Assembly (NCBI RefSeq): GCF_001194135.2
Contig: NC_068986.1
Location: 83,539,969-83,582,085 of the forward strand
DNA from: Octopus bimaculoides
Lineage: Eukaryota
Direction of reading: 5' to 3'
DNA: 42,117 bases
A program made the position numbers and the translations under genes. Below the pieces are notes generated by a model. The model was not told the DNA's origin and searched no databases. It saw only the letters and a list, made by a program, of their open reading frames with translations. Positions 1 through 12,066 of the stretch are shown in pieces. The stretch's first letter is position 1. The number at the start of each line of letters is the position of its first letter.

Positions 1-24
1 TATATATATATATATATATATATA
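1..24. repeat. (TA)n microsatellite
   Basis: Pure TA dinucleotide run at the window start. Confidence 0.95.
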
Positions 25-127
25 TTAATAGTAATGATATGACAATAAAAGAATGAATGAGACCTCAATATTATGTAAATAGAGGAATTTATCTGTAATA
101 TAACATGTGATAATTATTCGGTTGCCA

Positions 128-190
128 TAATAAAACTCCGAGTTTCGGATGTCGGGGCGGAAATCTGTTCCGGCATCTCGTCAGTTATTA
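128..190 (-). ncRNA. Minimal type-I hammerhead ribozyme motif (Penelope pLTR type)
   Basis: Minus strand reads UAAUAA-CUGACGA-[31-nt stem II region, GAUG/CAUC plus CGGAA/UUCCG]-GAAA-CUCGGAG-UU-UUAUUA. Stem I is a perfect 6 bp; the stem III segment ACUCGGAGU is a near-palindrome; cleavage triplet GUU. Confidence 0.75.
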
Positions 191-310
191 AGACAATCAA
201 AAAATGCTATGGAAATGACCGTTAAACAAAGGGAAATTACTGTGTAAATGGCCGTTATTAAGACAAACAAAAGAGCTATTAGAATGACCGTTAAATAAAG
301 GGAAAAAACC
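184..310. repeat. Diverged ~70-bp tandem repeat abutting the hammerhead
   Basis: GTTATTAAGACAA at 184 and 254; ATGACCGTTAAA at 215 and 284. Confidence 0.75.
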
Positions 311-355
311 TGAAGGGGAGAAGTAGAAGAGTAAGAACGCTCATAAAATTCGCAT

Positions 356-780
356 ATGCGCGCATGTACATACATACACATGCGCGCACGCACACCCACG
401 TACATGTGCCTATATGCATATGCTCACTTACACTCGCGTGAAACACATACATGTACACCCACACACACGCCTATATGTGCACATATATATGCAACCATAC
501 GTGTACACATATACATATCCGCACACACGCACGCACATACGTGTACATACCCATACGCGCACATATACACGTCTAAATACACACATGCTATATATGTATA
601 TGCTCACTCGCACTCGCGTGAAACACATGCATGAATACCCACATATTTATGCAAACATACACATGTACACATATACATACCTACACACACGCACACACAT
701 ACACGTATATATACCCAAACGCGTGCAAATATGTTTATATACATGTCTATATACGCACATGCACAAGAAAACTGCTGGGT
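356..780. repeat. CA/TA/CG low-complexity tract with an internal ~183-bp duplication
   Basis: ATGCTCACT..CACTCGCGTGAAACACAT near 420 and near 600; the rest is degenerate dinucleotide repeat. Confidence 0.75.
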
Positions 781-799
781 GAAAGGTAAAATACAGAAA

Positions 800-930
800 G
801 AATATGTAAAAATATATAAAGCAATAAAAATATATAAAATATGTAAAATATGTAAAAAAAAATATGTAAAAATATGTTAAATATGTAAAAATATGTAAAA
901 AATATGTAAGAAATATATATAAAAAATATA
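800..930. repeat. Degenerate 10-bp tandem repeat (AAAATATGTA)n
   Basis: Repeated AAAATATGT/AAAATATAT units. Confidence 0.8.
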
Positions 931-989
931 TAGAGATAAAATGCGTGTACGTGGACACAATATAAAAAGCAGGTTCTATCTGTGATCTT

Positions 990-1457
990 GGGGGACCAAA
1001 AACGTAACAAATATTTAGCCATATGTGGACATGAACCAAAGAGTCCAGTTCTTGAATTTAGACATGTAGCAGGGTCTAAGCTGCTTTTCCAGATGAGCCA
1101 TCTTTCCATATCACAAAGACCACACTTTCCACTGCCGTTGGTGTAAGGCTTACACTTGGCTAAGATCTTCTAATGGATGTTGTAATTGACACCTTTTTCT
1201 TTTAAGGACCATATGTGACTGGATAATTTGGTTGTTTTTCTTTTATCCCAGTGTCTGAAGCTCAAAGTGTGACCGTTGAACCTGGCTTTAAAATTCCTCT
1301 CTGTGAGACCCACATATTTCTTTGACGAAACTATGTCCTTAGTGGTTGTAGAGTCTTCGGTGGCTTCATAAATGATGGTCTCGAACATGCAAGCTCCATT
1401 TAGCGGGCACAAATTTTTATCCATGCACGAACAGGCGGATACCGTGGTGGCTCTCAA
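990..1457 (-). mobile_element. Penelope-like element, GIY-YIG endonuclease domain (one premature stop)
   Basis: The ORFs at 1170-1457 and 747-1109 are in one frame, joined across a single TAG at 1170-1172: CSCMDKNLCPLNGAC..IIYEAT..KKYVGLTERNFKARFNGH..SFRH..TKLSSHIWSLK..YNIH*KILAKCKPY..CGLC..LNSRTGLFGSCPH. This is the typical PLE Cys-rich linker, GIY-YIG and C-terminal Cys/His layout. Confidence 0.85.
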
Positions 1458-2005
1458 TTAAGTTCCAGGTAACGGCTAACCACATCACTCAGTATTTAAC
1501 GTCTATGACTTTTACTTATATTCTGTATTAAGTTGTAAAATAAGAGGAAATAAATTTTGAGGATGAACAAGTCTCCATATTCTATATCGTTATATATATA
1601 TATATTGGAAGTCTGTCGATGTTGCTGTGCTGTTTGATACATGCTGGTTATAGTAGTAGTGGTATATGTCTATACTTATGTATGTTGTATTTGTGCACGT
1701 GTTTGAATGCGCACCTCTGCATATCTGCTAAACTCTTATCTTTTACTTCTGCTTTATTACTGTATCTTTCAATGAGTATACATGTGTGTATATACACCCC
1801 GCTACACAAGCAAATAAATGTACTAACGAATGAAAGAAAGTACACAACACACCGTTGAAGTAAAATATTTTATTTTATTAAACTAAATCCTACTGTTTGG
1901 ACATACATGCAGAGATACACATGCGTATATGAATGTATATACATATATATGTGTGAGCATATGTATTTTTACACACACACACACACAAATATATATATAT
2001 ATGTT

Positions 2006-2039
<34 letters not shown>

Positions 2040-2312
2040 TGTGTGTATGAGAATTGGTTTAAGTCTTAAAACAAATTGCAATTACTTTAAAAAATTGTTT
2101 TACAAATTTATTAAAATATCATACCGGTTTCAACATTTTTTTTACATTCTCTTCTTTGTAAACTTTTATGCTGTATTCTGTTTACCATCGAAAAAGAAAA
2201 AAATTTTGAAACCAGTATGGCATTTTGATAAATGTGTAAAACAATTTTAAAAAAGAACTACAGAAAATGTTGCTATGTCGTACTTTGATTCAAACAAAAT
2301 GACAAAATTTAA

Positions 2313-2314
2313 CA

Positions 2315-2409
<95 letters not shown>

Positions 2410-2412
2410 TCA
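2313..2412. repeat. (CA)n microsatellite
   Basis: Long CA run with few interruptions. Confidence 0.95.
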
Positions 2413-3765
2413 CACACATACATATATGCATACATAATGTGCATGTGCATGTTTATGTGTGCATGCAAATGTGTATGCATATAAAATACACACACATACG
2501 TATGCACATATACATATTCAACTTTATGCATATAAATATACATGGATTAAACACACACGTGCAGGTACACATACATATACGTGCGCGCGCGCGAGCGTGT
2601 GCACACGTGCATATTGCTGCCAAAAAAGTACTTTTAATTTCATGCAATACAGACCCATTCTAGAAGCACATATAATGCACAACTCATGAGGCAGTAGTAT
2701 AATATATTCACTCCTGGACAGACAGAGAGTTGTAATAAGATATTCATTGCTTTATTGCTTATTCATACAACATATGGGACCTGAAGAACTTGTTCAGACA
2801 AAATTTGATATATGGTTACCGTAAAGGACGCGCTTTTCAAATTTTATTTTAAATGTATCAAAAAATTGCCCTGTGCCTAATACGGCTGCATTACAGATGT
2901 GAGACCGAGTGTCGTATGATAAGGGCAGGGGAATGGGCATAAATCCGCCAGACACAATAATTGTTAATACTAGAAGTATTGAAATTAATCCAAAATATGT
3001 CCTTTCGTTCAAACTATGAAAAATTGCTTACTGTACGTCGGCATTATGTGGAAAAGTCACGTCATCACACTATATCTCACCCATACCTCGTATGTGTCTA
3101 ACGTTATTTAATGACTGTTACATTTCAGAAACATTTTCTAATTCTCTTGAAAGGATTTATTGAATGTTAACATACGCATCTACCTGTCAGCTATTTCCAT
3201 TGAGTGGATGACAATAAAATTATAGCAGTGGTGTACCAGCCTGTTGGCCGATCACAAAACATAACAGCCAAAAATACGAGTTTCACTTCCTGTATGGTAA
3301 TTCTTTCGACCAAAATATAAATGACTAAACAGTTGATCTGAAAGAAGATAAAATTGAAATATAGTACTCATTTAACGGAATTTATGTTTAATAAATTTAT
3401 GGTTTCATCCTTTATTCTGGTATACTGTACAGTTTTGTACTTACACGTGTAGAATCATACATTCACCCCTCTACAAAATCATTTTAAAATGTCTTTCAAT
3501 AAGTGTATGATGGAACACTAAACATGTTTGTGTTGTTTTTTTCCCTACAAAATATACTTGTAAAATAGGAGTGCGTCTTATGCGAGAGTATGTCTTATGC
3601 TCCTGTAAATACGATATTTTAATGATTCGCTATAACTAAATTTTCTCTGAATTCAATAATAATATTATATTTATCTCATTTTGTTTTGTTTATTTGGTAA
3701 CAATATTGTTACTGAAGACACTAGAAATCCAGGAAACCACTGCCTAGCTGCAACAGCAGCACTTC

Positions 3766-3791
3766 TAGTAGTAGTAGTAGTAGTAGTAGTA

Positions 3792-3835
<44 letters not shown>

Positions 3836-3840
3836 TAGTA
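3766..3840. repeat. (GTA)n microsatellite
   Basis: Trinucleotide run; explains the poly-T/poly-V ORFs. Confidence 0.95.
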
Positions 3841-5053
3841 GTTTTTGTTGTTGTTTAGCTCCAAGGCCAACGTTGGACGTGTATAACTGTGGTGAAAATA
3901 ACGCTCCAATCGTGGTCATCGTATTTTAAAAAATACTTATGACAGTATTGTTCTATATTTTCTTTTTTTAAAGACGTTGATGTTTTGTTTGAAGCCAATG
4001 TAAGTATTATTTTTACTAGGGAGAAAGACCTTTGTTGGTTCAAAGAAATTAGTATTTTTTGTATCAGCAATAATAAGTTTCAAAAAAATTCACATTAGGA
4101 GTGTTGTGAGGAGAATAAAATTGTAGTATTTTGGACAGTACCCTTCTTTGGGGAATGAGTAAAATTAACTACTTCAGCACTATATTCTACTTCTGAACAT
4201 ATTGGTAAATTTTTAGTTCAATACTGTGTATAAAGACAAGTGCAAAATATACTTTTCCTTCGTCTTTATGGAGAAAGAACTATCCCGACAACTCATGTCG
4301 GGATTTTCCTCAGCAACTCTATATCTGCTGATTTACAATGCTGGACTTCTGAAAGAAAACCGTGTTTCTAATTTGCCTGAAAAGTTTTGGTGGGGGGAAT
4401 AAATATATTTTTCTCTTTGCTCAGTCGATAAAATGCTTTAGAACCAAAGGGAAGGCGATGTATTCAAATGAAGAAACTCCTAAAATATTTCGGATGATAT
4501 GTTCAACTACAAACTGTCCCGAAAAATACTTATTTGTTTCATTTACACTTTTCGAGTTTAAATAATAGGAGATAGTCGAAGAAAAATGGACACTATGTGA
4601 ATGGTAATAGGGGAAGTAGAATGAATTTATACGTTGTCATAATGTTCTTTCTAAATTGAGTTGCATGGAGTACCGAGATCACATTTTAGATCAGTATATT
4701 CATAGGGTGAGCTGCGCGAATGATCGTAGCTACAAAGACACTCTCAAACCCACGTAAAAGATTTCAACATCAATCAAGTGTTTTGGGAGACTCTTACTAC
4801 TGAGAGATCTAACTGGCACTGCTTCATAAAGAATGGAATCATACCGTCTGAAGAAATCATGATTTGATAGAAAGTCCAATTAGTTGAATAAATTATATGT
4901 CGCGATAAAATGAGAAATTTAACGTTTTGTTTAGAATTCTTCGTGGGGGAGAAATGAAATTAGTATCGAATTTAGGTATAAACCTTCCAGTTTCTGACCT
5001 CAGAAACTTCTGTGCATGTGTGTGTGTGTGTGTGTGTGTGCGTNNNNNNNNNN

Positions 5054-5097
<44 letters not shown>

Positions 5098-5259
5098 TGC
5101 GCGTGCTAGTGTGTATGCATTGCATGTCTGCATGCATGTGTGTATGCATTGCATGTCTGCATGCATGTGTGTATGCATATGTGTGTGTGTCTGCACTTAC
5201 ATTTACTTTATTGCTTGTGTTGTACCCTTTTATGTACTGTAAATTAGCTGCTCGACAAA

Positions 5260-5370
5260 TGGAATTCGATAAAATAAGTACTAAGGCAGATATGGTCAAC
5301 TAAAACCCTTGCAGATGGTTCCCTGTGATGGCTGAAGCCTAAGAGATGAAACCAAGAAAAGAAGAACAGA
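5260..5370 (+). mobile_element. Decayed SINE 3' remnant
   Basis: CGATAAAATAAGTAC..AACTAAAACCCTT..ATGGC..GAAAC..AAAAGA resembles the SINE tails at 16475-16640 and 27534-27625. Confidence 0.4.
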
Positions 5371-5409
5371 ATAATAAATTGATTAAAGACTCACTAACCA
5401 GTGATGAAT

Positions 5410-5955
5410 AAAATAAAACTGTATACATGTTCAAAATGTTCATACACTCAGACATGGAAAGACCTTCGTTGTGGTAATTGTCTTGAAAAGGAAATTCTCC
5501 TTACAGACAATCTTTGTGAAAACACACCGCGCTGGGCTATGAATGATTTCATTGGATTGTAGCATCAGTGTTTCTGTGTCGTTTACGCTTCATCAGTTAC
5601 AAACACCGATTCCAAACGTGCTAAATATGAATGTACAAAGCTTTATTGTAGTCTCTAATTAATCGATTCCAGCTTGACAACACTTTGCATACGCCAGCAA
5701 ATATGTTATTTGCTATTTAAACTTAAGAACGGCAGTTCTTAGTGGGCTGTGAACGACAGATTCAGTGTACGTAATTGATGAAAAGTAAACGACGAAGAAA
5801 CATAATGACGCCATTCATAGCTCAGGTTTGTGTGGCGGTGTGTTTTCACACATAATCTATGAGGAGAATATTTTTTCCAAAGCAGTTACAAGTAAGGATT
5901 TTCCATATTTGAACGTACACGAACGTGTTAAATATAAATGTAACAACTTTATTAG
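5410..5955. repeat. Old diverged inverted repeat (arms ~5410-5612 and ~5758-5955)
   Basis: The reverse complement of the left arm matches the right arm in blocks: GTAA.TGATGAA..GTAAACGAC..AGAAACA, CATTCATAGC.CAG, GCGGTGTGTTTTCACA (16/16), AGGAGAAT, TTTCCAT. Confidence 0.75.
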
Positions 5956-6208
5956 AATAATAGAATATACAACTACACTCTACACAAACAACCATCTTTC
6001 TCACGAGAATACGAGGGAGCTTCTTCATCGTCGCTTATCTTAGAAATAGCATCCAAATCTTTTTAAAACCATATCCAAGCATCTTTAAAAATAAAGGACA
6101 AATTGAATAATGCAGTATTAGCTGCATTATACCTGATAATAATAAGAAATGACCATGGTTAGAACGTCTTTGACCATAAGTCTGCCAGATAAGGGCTGTC
6201 CTAGGGTA

Positions 6209-6312
6209 AAGAAGAAGAAGAAGAAGAAGAAGAAGAAGAAGAAGAAGAAGAAGAAGAAGAAGAAGAAGAACAACAACAACAACAACGGCAACAACAACAA
6301 CAACAACGACAA
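6209..6312. repeat. Compound (GAA)n-(CAA)n microsatellite
   Basis: Direct reading; explains the poly-K/poly-F ORFs. Confidence 0.95.
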
Positions 6313-7144
6313 CAAAAGCAAATCTTACAATCTATAGACCAACATGTACTCTAACACCATCACTAACTATTGCTGACATCTCAAACATGTTATCTACCCT
6401 ATCCTTAACAAATACTACTGTTTCTATACCATTAACAAATGCTATCCACACCACTTCCGTTGCCCTCACCACCACCACCACCACCACCACCCCTATCACT
6501 ATCACTTACCATCCATTCCTAATCACATCAGTACCCACAAACGCCACTACTCTAACCAACACCAAAACCACCATCAAAAACGCAGAAACTCGAAGCTAAG
6601 TGTTTGTTATAATAAAGCAAGAGCATTAAATACCATCCCACCCATCCAGACAAAAACCTGACACCTACCTACCGACCTACCGACCTACCTACCGACCTAC
6701 CGACCTACCTACCACCTTTCAACTAACTCCAGCCCACTTCACCCTCGAAACACACAAGTGGAACAGTGGGGTAACAGAGAATTTAGTGGAAACAGCAGGC
6801 CAGTCTGGAAATGGTAGTTAAGGTACGATAGACAGAATGCAGGTCGTGGAGGTAGTAATGGGTGACGGTATTCAGAAAAAGAGAGAAAAAAAGCAATAGC
6901 ATATTCAGTTTCCTTTTTTTGGTAGACCCTATATCTTGGCCTTGCATCTCTCTATATATGTATGCCTATGCGTCTGTATAGCTGTTTGAGTGTGTGTGTG
7001 TGTGTGTGTGTGTGTTGTGTCACTGTACGAGGACAAACCTATAAATCACTGGTAGGCTACCCAGTGCGGGTTTATTATCACACACACATGCATGCATGTC
7101 TATGTGCATTTATTTATTTTTTTTTTTTTATAACTGGGGTAGCG

Positions 7145-7385
7145 TGGAAGTGTGTGGATAAGTGGTTAGGGTGTTGGACTCATGATCGTAAGATTGGGGT
7201 GTCGATTTCTAGATAGGGGGACGCGTTGTGTTGTTGAGCAAAACACTTCAATTCACATTGTTCCAGTCCACTCAGGTGATCAAAATGAGTAATCCTGTGA
7301 TGGACTGGCATCTCGTCCAGGGGCGAATATATGCGCCACAGAATCTGGGAAACTTATGAGTTCATATGATGCGGATTGGATCTTT
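7145..7385 (+). mobile_element. tRNA-derived SINE (different family from the 26979 SINE)
   Basis: A-box-like TGGATAAGTGG and B-box-like GGTGTCGATTTC, then TTGAGCAAAACACTT..CACATTG..CCAGTCCACTCAG..CCTGTGATGGACTGGCATCTCGTCCAGGGG, a body typical of ancient metazoan SINE superfamilies. Superfamily not assigned. Confidence 0.7.
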
Positions 7386-7621
7386 ATTCTATCCTTTAAC
7401 TGACAAGAGTTACGGAGTTTGTTTTTCTGCTACATTTCAGTAATTCTTCATGTTTTTGTGTCAAATCTTCCATTTTCTTGTTTTATTTTCTTTCATTTAT
7501 TGTAACTTTTGTTTTACCTCAACTTATCCTCTTTCATTATTGTCACTGACACACTCACAAGCTTATTATTCCTTCTTTTCTATCATCATCTCAGTCCCTC
7601 TCCCCCTCTCTCTTTCTCTCG

Positions 7622-7669
<48 letters not shown>

Positions 7670-7675
<6 letters not shown>

Positions 7676-10200
7676 CGTCCTCTTGTAACCGAGGAAGACC
7701 ATTGCTGAACTTTGGGAACATTGTGGATTCATTTATATTCTACATTTGCGGCTCCGTTGGTGGCCAATGAGCCCTGCTCTTGACAAGCATACACGACTGC
7801 AAACATTGCAAACCAAGCTGTCCCTGTTCTCTACACTAGCAGTGCGCTTTCGAGTAGCACGCCTAAATTCTTCATGCAGAATACGTGCTTTCTCAAAGGT
7901 GTCGATCCCCTCCTTAACCTGCTTCCTCCATCTGTAGCGATGACAGGCGTTGCTCTCCCAGTTGGTCTCCTGCACATCACAGGCCTTTAATGAGGACTTG
8001 ATACAGTCCTTAAATCGCAGCGTTTGTTTCTGCCGGGGTCTCTTTCCACGAACAAGTTCCCCATATAGCATCTATTTAGGGATCCTGCTATCCTTCATTC
8101 TAATAAGATGTCCAGTCCAACGCGACAGGTGCTTGTGTACCATCGCCTCAATACTCAAGATATTAGCTTTCCTCAGGACCTGTTTTTAAGGTCCAGCCAA
8201 CATTCTGAATGTGTCTCAGACTTCTCTGATGAAAGCGTTCAAGTACCTTTACATGACGTTTGTAAAGGGTCTATGTCTCACATGAGTGAAGGAGCGATGT
8301 CAGTACACATGCACGGTACACAACACCTTTCGATTGCTATGCTGGGGATAGACACGAGACTGAAGAGACCGCAAGGAATCAGTTGCTCTCTGCAGCCCGA
8401 AAGATATTTCATCATCCAGGGAACAAGAACGGCTGAGTGTGCTGCCCAGGGAGACAAACCTGTCTACCACTTTCAGTATTGTTCCTTCAACTAAGATAGC
8501 TGGTTCCGCATATGGATATCCTGGTGCAGTCTTGTTCAGGCTAATGCTGAGTCCAAATGCTTTGCAAGAACCAGAAATACAATTCATAAGTATTTGCATG
8601 TCATCCACTGTATGAGTGACTAAGTCACAGTCATCTGCATAAAGGAGGTCACGAATAAGAGACTAGAAAACTTTTGAATTGGCAGCAAATCGGCGCAGAT
8701 TAAAGAGGCGGCCAGAAGATCGATACTTGACATATATCCCCAGAGAGCTAACCTTAGCAAAAGCATGAATAAAAGCAGCAGCAAAGTACAAAGAAAAAAG
8801 AGAGTTGGGGCAAGGATGTCACCCTGCTTGACACCATTCTCTACAGGAATAGGTCTCACCATGCCACCACTAACATTGACCCAAGCCTCCATCCTATCAT
8901 GAAATGATTTAATCATAGATACAAAGTGATCCGGTCAACCAAGTTTGCTAAGTATTTTCCATAGCAAGGCCCTATTCACAGTATCAAAGGCCTTGGTTAA
9001 ATCAATGAATACCTGGACAAGATCAATATTCTGCTCATAGCACTTCTCTTGCATCTGTCTTCTCGTGAAAATCACATCTATTGTCCCTCTACCAGATCGG
9101 AAGCCACATTGTAATTCAGATAGGACATCATTTACGAGACACCCATTCAGGCGGGTAAGAAGAATATTTGCCAGAACCTTTCCAGCAGCTGCTAGTAGAG
9201 CAATACCTTTGTATTTACCACACATTATTCTGGCTCCTTTTCCTTTGTAAAGAGGAAGAATAATTGCATCCCTCCAGTCTTTAGGCATTGCACCATCCTT
9301 CCAGACTACACTAATAAGTTCATGAAGAGACTGTATGATGTAATCACCACCAAATCGCAAGACCTCACCACAAATTCTGTCCCTTCCAAGTGCCCTACCA
9401 AGAATCAATTTACTTATTGCTGTCATTTCCTCATCTATTGAGAGCGTGGAATTTAAGGCGCCAATGATAGGTCTATGTTACATAGTATCAATCACTTTCA
9501 TCCACAATTGACTCACGGTTCAGGAGTTCAGAGAAGTGTTCAGTCCAGCGACCTGTGATTTCTGTTGATTTAGTAAAAAGAGTAAAAGATTCCTTGGAAA
9601 GCAAAGGAGTTGATGTAGAGCTCTTAGGCCCATAAACTTGCTTCATTAGATGGTAAAGCTTCTTGCTGCCATTTGCACCAGCAGCAGCCTGAACATCACG
9701 AGCGAGATCCTCCCACCAAGCGTTCTGCATCTTCCTGAGAGATTGCTGCAGTAGTGATTTTCCACTGCTATAGTGGACAAGTGCTAGATTTCGCTGCATA
9801 GTTGAAAGTCCTCTGTGCAGCAATACATTGTGGGCTTGGCGCTTTGCAACCAATAGTCGCTGAACTTCAGTACCAATTTCATCAAACCAGTCTCTGTGTC
9901 TGGCAGTAGCATATCCCATTGTTCCAGCAGCACATTGAAGAACCTGATCTCGAAAATCTTTCCATACTGTAGTATTTTCAAAGCTGGACAAGCGAGTCTG
10001 AAGCTCTTTCCTCAACACAGCATCATATATCTTTTGGACATTCAGACGCCGAGGAATGCCAACTGGCCCTCTTCTCTCTTTCACCGGGTGTCATCCATAG
10101 TTGGGGTATATTTCCGCTGCATCTACTTCAAGAATTCCGCAGTCTTAGTTGAGATAATAATAGTTGATGAAGGAAACGGAAGATAGATTTAGCACTAGTC
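7670..10200 (-). mobile_element. RTE-clade LINE, 5'-truncated, frameshifted RT pseudogene
   Basis: Collinear ORF pieces: RHRDWFDE; GRDRICGEVLRFGG; WRDAIILPLYKGKG..CGKYKGIALL; SELQCGFRSGRGTIDVIF; FIDLTKAFDTVNR; GVKQGDILAPTLF; YADD (8630-8641, shifted frame); LYGEL..GKRPR..LRFKD; C-terminal CNVCSRVCLSRAGLIGHQR zinc finger. The 3' end GGACGGCCATC runs into (TA)n. Confidence 0.95.
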
Positions 10201-11007
10201 TTTATTCAGTACGACGGTCGTTTTGACTCATCCTGCAACTGTCCGTTATCGGTAGGATTCTGTGCATCTAATTGTGTTGCATAAATCTGTGAAGTTTGTA
10301 TCACATCAGGTACATGTATAAACAAGTGTATGTCCCGCTAGATATACTGAGATGTCCTAGGCATGTTATTCGCGCCTGTTGTATTTTGGTTACTTTGGAA
10401 TAAAGTCTAGTCGAAAAGATAGAGAAAAGTCTTCGATGGTTTATGCTCCATTGGGAACGAAGGGTTTACGTAAGTATACCTAAGAGTACATTGATCAATG
10501 ATAGCTGGTGGTGATATGAATGAAATTTGGCTCCTATTTCTAGCAGAATATGCGACTATATAGACGCTCTGTCAGTTGTTTGTTACAGAGCTGGTATGCA
10601 TTTATATCATCTAAACGATTGCTTTTTACACTGCAGCAGTTGTCTTTGCGATTGGATTTCAAATGTCTTTTCCCACTTATCATAATTTTGACAGAGCCCA
10701 TGGCCATTTTCCAAGGTCTCGGTGATTCGGTGACTTGTATGTTTCTGCAGTAGGAAACAGCGCATCAAAACACTAAAAGTATATATTTGTAAATAAGTAA
10801 TATTTCGTGTTACGCTAAGATGCAATGCACGGTACCAAAATTTTCGACTCGAGTCTGATACGACAAACTACTCCAACGCTTTAACTGAGGAGAGTTTACG
10901 TAATGGATGCATTTCTTATATATTAAGCAAACCTGAAACGTACGTATTAAATGATTTCAAAATATCACTATTTGGTTTCACTTCATTATTACAACTATAA
11001 ATAAGTA

Positions 11008-11287
11008 NNNNNNNNNNNNNNNNNNNNNNNNNNNNNNNNNNNNNNNNNNNNNNNNNNNNNNNNNNNNNNNNNNNNNNNNNNNNNNNNNNNNNNNNNNNNN
11101 NNNNNNNNNNNNNNNNNNNNNNNNNNNNNNNNNNNNNNNNNNNNNNNNNNNNNNNNNNNNNNNNNNNNNNNNNNNNNNNNNNNNNNNNNNNNNNNNNNNN
11201 NNNNNNNNNNNNNNNNNNNNNNNNNNNNNNNNNNNNNNNNNNNNNNNNNNNNNNNNNNNNNNNNNNNNNNNNNNNNNNNNNNNNNNN
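11008..11287. other. Assembly gap; others at 5044-5053, 13374-13475, 18846-19257, 19693-19733, 24052-24370, 27153-27533, 30609-30672, 32871-32880, 34172-34976, 36036-36453, 39192-39506
   Basis: N runs, most bordered by microsatellites, as expected for a short-read scaffold. Confidence 0.98.
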
Positions 11288-11553
11288 GGCTGAAGTTCAA
11301 AAGATAGTGCTCATGGGAACTGCCCATATCCTACGTAAAATACTGTCTATGTGATCTAAAATTTTAAAGCAAACACATAATTTTCTTATGGTTTCTTAAA
11401 CATTCACTTGAACAAAACTGTACAAATACAAATATATGGTACCCTAGGCATAACACCTACATGAACTTCTAACTTGTTGTCTCTTGAGGTGTCTGGGTGA
11501 GACTTGGATCCAACTTGTACAAATGCAAAACAAAAGTCAAACATAAAATAATA
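11288..11553 (+). mobile_element. 3' end of an RLE-endonuclease (R4/NeSL-like) LINE
   Basis: AEVQKIVLMGTAHILRKILSM* is the typical terminal motif of these ORFs; short 3' UTR ending in (ATA)n. The rest is lost in the N gap. Confidence 0.75.
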
Positions 11554-12018
11554 ATAATAATATAGTAAATCTTAAAACTTTACTATCTACAACTCGTTTT
11601 CTTTTCTTTTTGACTCTCCCTGAGTTTTCAAAAATCTAAACATCCTTTTCATTGCAAAAGTGCTACAGCATTCTCCAACTGGACAGACAAACGAACATAA
11701 CCTCTCAAGAAAACTTTAAAACTTTAATATATATTACCCAAATATGTAACCACCTCCACTATTCAACTCCCATATATAACACTACACCACTCCACGTCAT
11801 ACCACACCTCACTATCACCACCACCAAAGATAATGTGTCAACAAGAGAGGCCAATGGTCAAGGCTATACATAGTCTGCTGTAACACACATATGTCGACGC
11901 AGCTGTTAACATATATGAACGTCTACCTAAAACTGTGGGATGGGTGAATTACTGGTTGATGGTGGTGATGGTGGCACGAGATTGTGGAATCGAGGTAACA
12001 TTGGTAGTGTGGCTGGCG

Positions 12019-12066
<48 letters not shown>

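Noticed and set aside
356-782. Many H/T/Y/I/V/C-rich ORFs here and throughout the window
   Set aside because: They are translations of (CA)n, (TA)n, (TACA)n, (GTA)n and (GA)n repeats or of N gaps, not genes.
4282-4312. 9-bp hairpin preceded on the minus strand by CUGAGGA, as a hammerhead
   Set aside because: No GAAA after the stem and no stems I or III.
7026-7080. TACGAGG as a mariner TIR start
   Set aside because: No matching opposite end or transposase sequence nearby.
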